Assembly: GCA_008632985.1 (NCBI GenBank)
Contig: QPGO01000123.1
Coordinates: 124,001-188,000 of the forward strand
Reading direction: 5' to 3'
Length of the DNA: 64,000 nucleotides
DNA from: Psammoneis japonica
Taxonomy: Eukaryota
Shown piece by piece: positions 60,101-64,000 of this stretch (positions are counted from its first letter, which is position 1; the number at the start of each line of letters is the position of its first letter). The notes beneath the pieces were generated by a model. The model saw only the letters and a list, made by a program, of their open reading frames with translations, was not told the DNA's origin and did no database searches. Made by a program: the position numbers and the translations under genes.

Positions 60101-61797
60101 CAACGGAATCATCAAACAAAACAAAGCGTCGGGTGTCGAAACGCCCGGCATCAAAAAGCACCCGTCGCTGCTGCTGCCAAAACTGCAACAACAACATCAC
60201 CACTGGTTCCAAGATCACACCGCCTGTTCCTGCCAAACCACCGGTGGGAGCCAGTCGCAACAGATGGATGACGCACTTCAAGAAACGGTTTGGTCGACGT
60301 GAATTTCTGCAACGAATCGGTGCAGATGAAAACAACTCACGCAAAGATCTCAGGATCTGCCTCTGCCACCCAGCAGAAACGACCACAAAATCTTTCACCG
60401 TGACGACACCAGCATTGACACCAGTTTCGTCACCACAAGGCGGAGAAGACGAGTCGGACCATGAAAATGGCAAGTTAGAAAAAGGAGACGGTGCAGATGG
60501 GGAGAAAAAACAGACAGCATTTTCCAAACGCACTGCATTCAAAGGCCTGCCTGTTCCTTTGGGCGCCAAAAGTAACCGATCCGAGGCATCCCCTGCCACA
60601 ACTTCTAAAGGGGCAGGAGAAGTGCGACAAATGGTGTGCTTTGCCACTTTGGATCATAAAGTTGGAGAAGAGGCTGTGCGAAATGAGTGTCTTGCTGTGC
60701 AGCAACGCACGGAAATTGAGCCGGGTGAACGAACCAAAATGACAGAAGAGGTCCATCCATGTCTCCAGCAGTCCGCAGGACTAGACCAGCACATCAAGTC
60801 GCCACCAAAGAAGAAGAGAGCCACCGAAATGACTAAACCTTCAAAGGGCAAACCGTCGACTGCCACTGTTCCGCCTGCAGTTGATCCTCATTCCATTTCG
60901 ACCACTGACGTTCAAACTCGCTGTGGGTTTGGATCCTTGTTGTTGCTGCTTTGTTTCATTGCGGTTGTTTGCAATGGTGATGTTTCTGCAATGATGAAAA
61001 CAACAACAAGATTGAGTTGGTTTGAAGAATGGTTTTTTTTCTTTGAATTGCTTTGGGGGCGGTCTCTGCATCGCTGGGTAGATGCAGAGCGTACGTGCAA
61101 AATACACCACAAATGTCTTCAGAGAATGTTCGAACAAAAGCTTGCTCTTGTTAAGTTGGCAGCAAATCGGTGGCTGCGATGCGTTTGTCACGAGGAGGAC
61201 GTGTCCCTGCGCTCTGAGAAATGGAAGGAACGGCACAGAAACAAGCGTGTTGTAATGTGGGACAATGCAAATGTTGATCTGATGGGGAAGCCTACAGATG
61301 CAGATTTGCAGCGACTCACGCACTCACTTCATTGCGGCGGGAACATTGTCAAAGGCGGCATCTTTCTGCAACTTTGTGGGTGGCTTGGCGGCTGGGAGCT
61401 TTGGCTGGGAGCAGTGTCAGACTCAGACTGTTTAGAGAAAAGTGGGCTGATGCAGTGCCAAGAACAATTTCAAAAGATAGACCCAACCTCCACGCTGTCT
61501 TTCACAAACATCTTGGACAAGGGATGCCGGTGTGTTTTGGCCGCGTGGCGAGGAGGGGGGCAGCTGCTGCTTCAGCCATTCTTTGCTAAAAGTGGTCGAA
61601 AGTTTACCAGCCGTGAGGTCCTTTTGTCAGGTGCAGTTGCCAGTGACAGGTCGGGGAATGAGCGAGCGGTCAAGCAGATGAAAATGAGCAACTTGATTGC
61701 TGGCGGCATTCATCAAAAACAAGATCTGAACAATTTTGCTGATGTCTGGATTGCCTGGGGTTTCCAATGCAATTTCATGCATGAGCCAGTGCTTTAA
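57199..61797 (+). mobile_element. DNA transposon ORF (~1530 codons, one in-frame TGA at 60013): XPG/PIN-like nuclease, zinc finger, SWIM, THAP-like and ISL2EU/Harbinger-type DDE transposase
   Basis: MGV..ADMSW..VAFDP..QADS..GNDTDF..GNDTF; CECKAG..CAH; CCCQNC..W..ICLCH; MWDNAN..GAVSD..LDKGCR..RSGNERAV; ORFs 57127-60015 and 60073-61797 share a frame; termini not found. Confidence 0.8.
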
Positions 61798-61949
61798 AAC
61801 AACTGCAGCATTTTCACTTTACCTTGTAGAAGCTAGATGTTTTGTTTTGTCTTGTTGTTCTAGACTCCACTGTGTCGTTTCTGTTGTTTCGTGCGGGGCA
61901 TGCTGACAGCCAAGTAACCCGGAAAGCAACCGAGAAATTCGAAAGGCAC

Positions 61950-64000
61950 AAAGTCCATTGCACTCCCAACTGGGGTGTTCCTTCCCTGGCGAGACTGCGA
62001 ATGGCGCCTCCAAGGGAACGAGGGGGTGCCATGTGACGTCGCCCACCCAAAACTCTCCATCAACAGCATTCAGCTGAAAGCCAGTGCAATTGGGTTGTTG
62101 GTGCACACGTGTTGGAAAACAATGACAACCTTGAAAGAAAGGGGGTCACAAAAGCAAGCCATCATCTCTCAGCAGCGGCCACGCAAAAAACATTAAAACA
62201 GCAAGCTCAAGCTCATGGAAAGCTCATGCTGCTGCAGAGCCAATGACAAAAACAATGGCTTCATCACAGCACAAGCCAACAAAGGGTGCTGTCTGCCAGC
62301 ACGGGTTTGTTGCCAGCTTTTGAAGAGCTGCTCCTGCACACAGCCCTGTGGCAAAAAAAACAAGTCACAAAACAGCAGCGCCAGAGTGATCTCAGCATGG
62401 CACTGTGCCACATTGAAATGATGTTGCAAGCTTTGGAGTTGTTGGCACCAGGGAAGGTGGCACATGAGTTGTCAGCATTGGAGCAGCAGCATGGCAGGCA
62501 GGTGGCAGGTGGTGCATCAGTGCATCAGCAGGTGGCATTTGAGTGCAGCGGGTGGCACCTCAGCTTGTGGCGGCATTTGGAGCAGTCTTTGTTGGAGCAG
62601 CTGGCCAAAAGGTTTTTTGCAGTGAGGTGACAAGCTCCACTTCTTTGTCATCAACCATGCTCACCTCACTGGCAATGAGAAAGCTGTCTGAGCACTCATC
62701 CACTGCTGGCAGGGATGTGCTCCAGGCAGCCCAGGGTGGAGCTCTCTCTGATGTGGGTCTGCAGAGAGCTCTGTGTGTGAGCTCTGCAGTTCACACACTG
62801 GGCAATGAATGTGTTTGTTTTCAAAATTTGAACAAACAACCACTCAACATTTTGGTGACATTTGTGCATGCTGGCGCACCCTGCAGACACATCAAAGAGC
62901 TGCTTCATGCAAAAACTGTGCAAAAAGTTGTTGAATGGATTGCCCAACAACTGTGCTACAAACTGACACAAAATGCCACCAAAGTCATGCAAAAAAATGC
63001 ATGTGCACAATGCACAACCTGTGGTGCACATGAAACAAAAACTCAAACTTGATTTCACTCAGTGGAGTCGCACCTTTGCCCAGCAACAGTGGCGCTGGCT
63101 GGCCCACACTTCCGCACACCCTCCTGGGGGTGAAGCAGAAGCTCATGCAGTCAGCCGGTCAATGTGCCACTTTGCAGGGATGCACACCAGAGACCACTGG
63201 TTGAGATGAAGCTCTGCACAAGAATGAGGACATTGCTTTCTTTTGGAGAGAACACAAGCACCCAAACTGCCACAGCAAAGGATGGTCACGTTGTTTAGAA
63301 GAGGATTCAAAGTTGGCACAAACTCTGAGAAAAAAACCTTGCTTCCAAGGATGGGTCTTGTCTTTAACAAAGACTGGCCAAGTTCCACATTTGCATGTGA
63401 TGGAGCAAAAGCAAACAGCTCACTGCTTGCTGGCAAGTGTGGAAGAGGGGCCATTCAGGACTTCATGCAGGTGTTTGAAACAGGGAGCCTTGGCAACATG
63501 ATGAGAAGGATGTTGGAAGAAACATTGCTCTCACACAGAATTGACAGCAAATCTTGCACAGAAATGCTGATCCTTGCAGCAAATGGATGATTGTCCAGTG
63601 GCGCCAATGGTTTGTCCAAACAAACACACACAAGCACCACAGCAGGGACAGTGCTTTCACCACATGAAGTGAAGAAATTGAGCAGCCAGCAGGAGAAAAG
63701 GAAATTGTTGAGGGCTGATGGGTGTGGATGGAAGTTCATTGCATGGGAAACATTGTGGTTGTCAGTTGGTGTTTCTGAAGTGTGCAGAATTTGCACCAGA
63801 TCCTGCACAGAAAATGCGCCCAATCTGCAAAAAATTGCCAAATGAGTTGACAAGCATGCAAACCACAAGACATCAATGCCAGTCATTTTCCATTGGAAAG
63901 TGCTGCATTTCATCCTGAAATGAGGGGGCACCAATGTCAGAAGTGGCCAAAAGGGTTTCAGGGGACCCAGTGAAACACCATCTGAGAACACATGCAGGGG
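61950..64000. other. TpA/CpG-depleted hypermutated relic (runs off window end)
   Basis: Only a handful of TA in 2 kb, mostly TTAA/TTAG. Confidence 0.8.

Noticed and set aside
56900..62100. Terminal inverted repeats of the DDE element
   Set aside because: No convincing inverted pair could be found by eye.

Overview
Eukaryotic genomic DNA, most likely a diatom. This is inferred from a CoDi-like Copia element, RxL-motif secreted proteins, short introns and compact genes. About half the window is host genes: YKT6, a degenerate SerRS paralog, a dsRBD-like/DEDD exonuclease, two fucosyltransferase-like genes, a GH5 glucanase, a saccharopine-dehydrogenase/DUF4166 fusion, DUF1499, a PhyH-like dioxygenase, a CUE protein and an inverted pair of RxL precursor genes. 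Several carry single-base frameshifts that are probably assembly errors. The other half is transposons and relics: an Ngaro-type tyrosine-recombinase retroelement with a degenerate C5-methyltransferase-like domain, a Copia LTR element with TSD and an unusual tRNA-iMet D-arm PBS, and an ISL2EU/Harbinger-like transposase fused to an XPG/PIN nuclease. The main result is that these repeat domains show massive, sharply bounded TpA->TpG/CpA hypermutation (A:T->G:C), in addition to CpG decay. It is visible directly in four independent repeat-pair alignments, removes almost all Tyr and TAA/TAG codons, spares neighbouring host genes, and avoids the TAA context. It resembles a RIP-like genome-defence or heterochromatin mutator with chemistry opposite to fungal RIP. 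All counts are manual and domain calls are motif-based.
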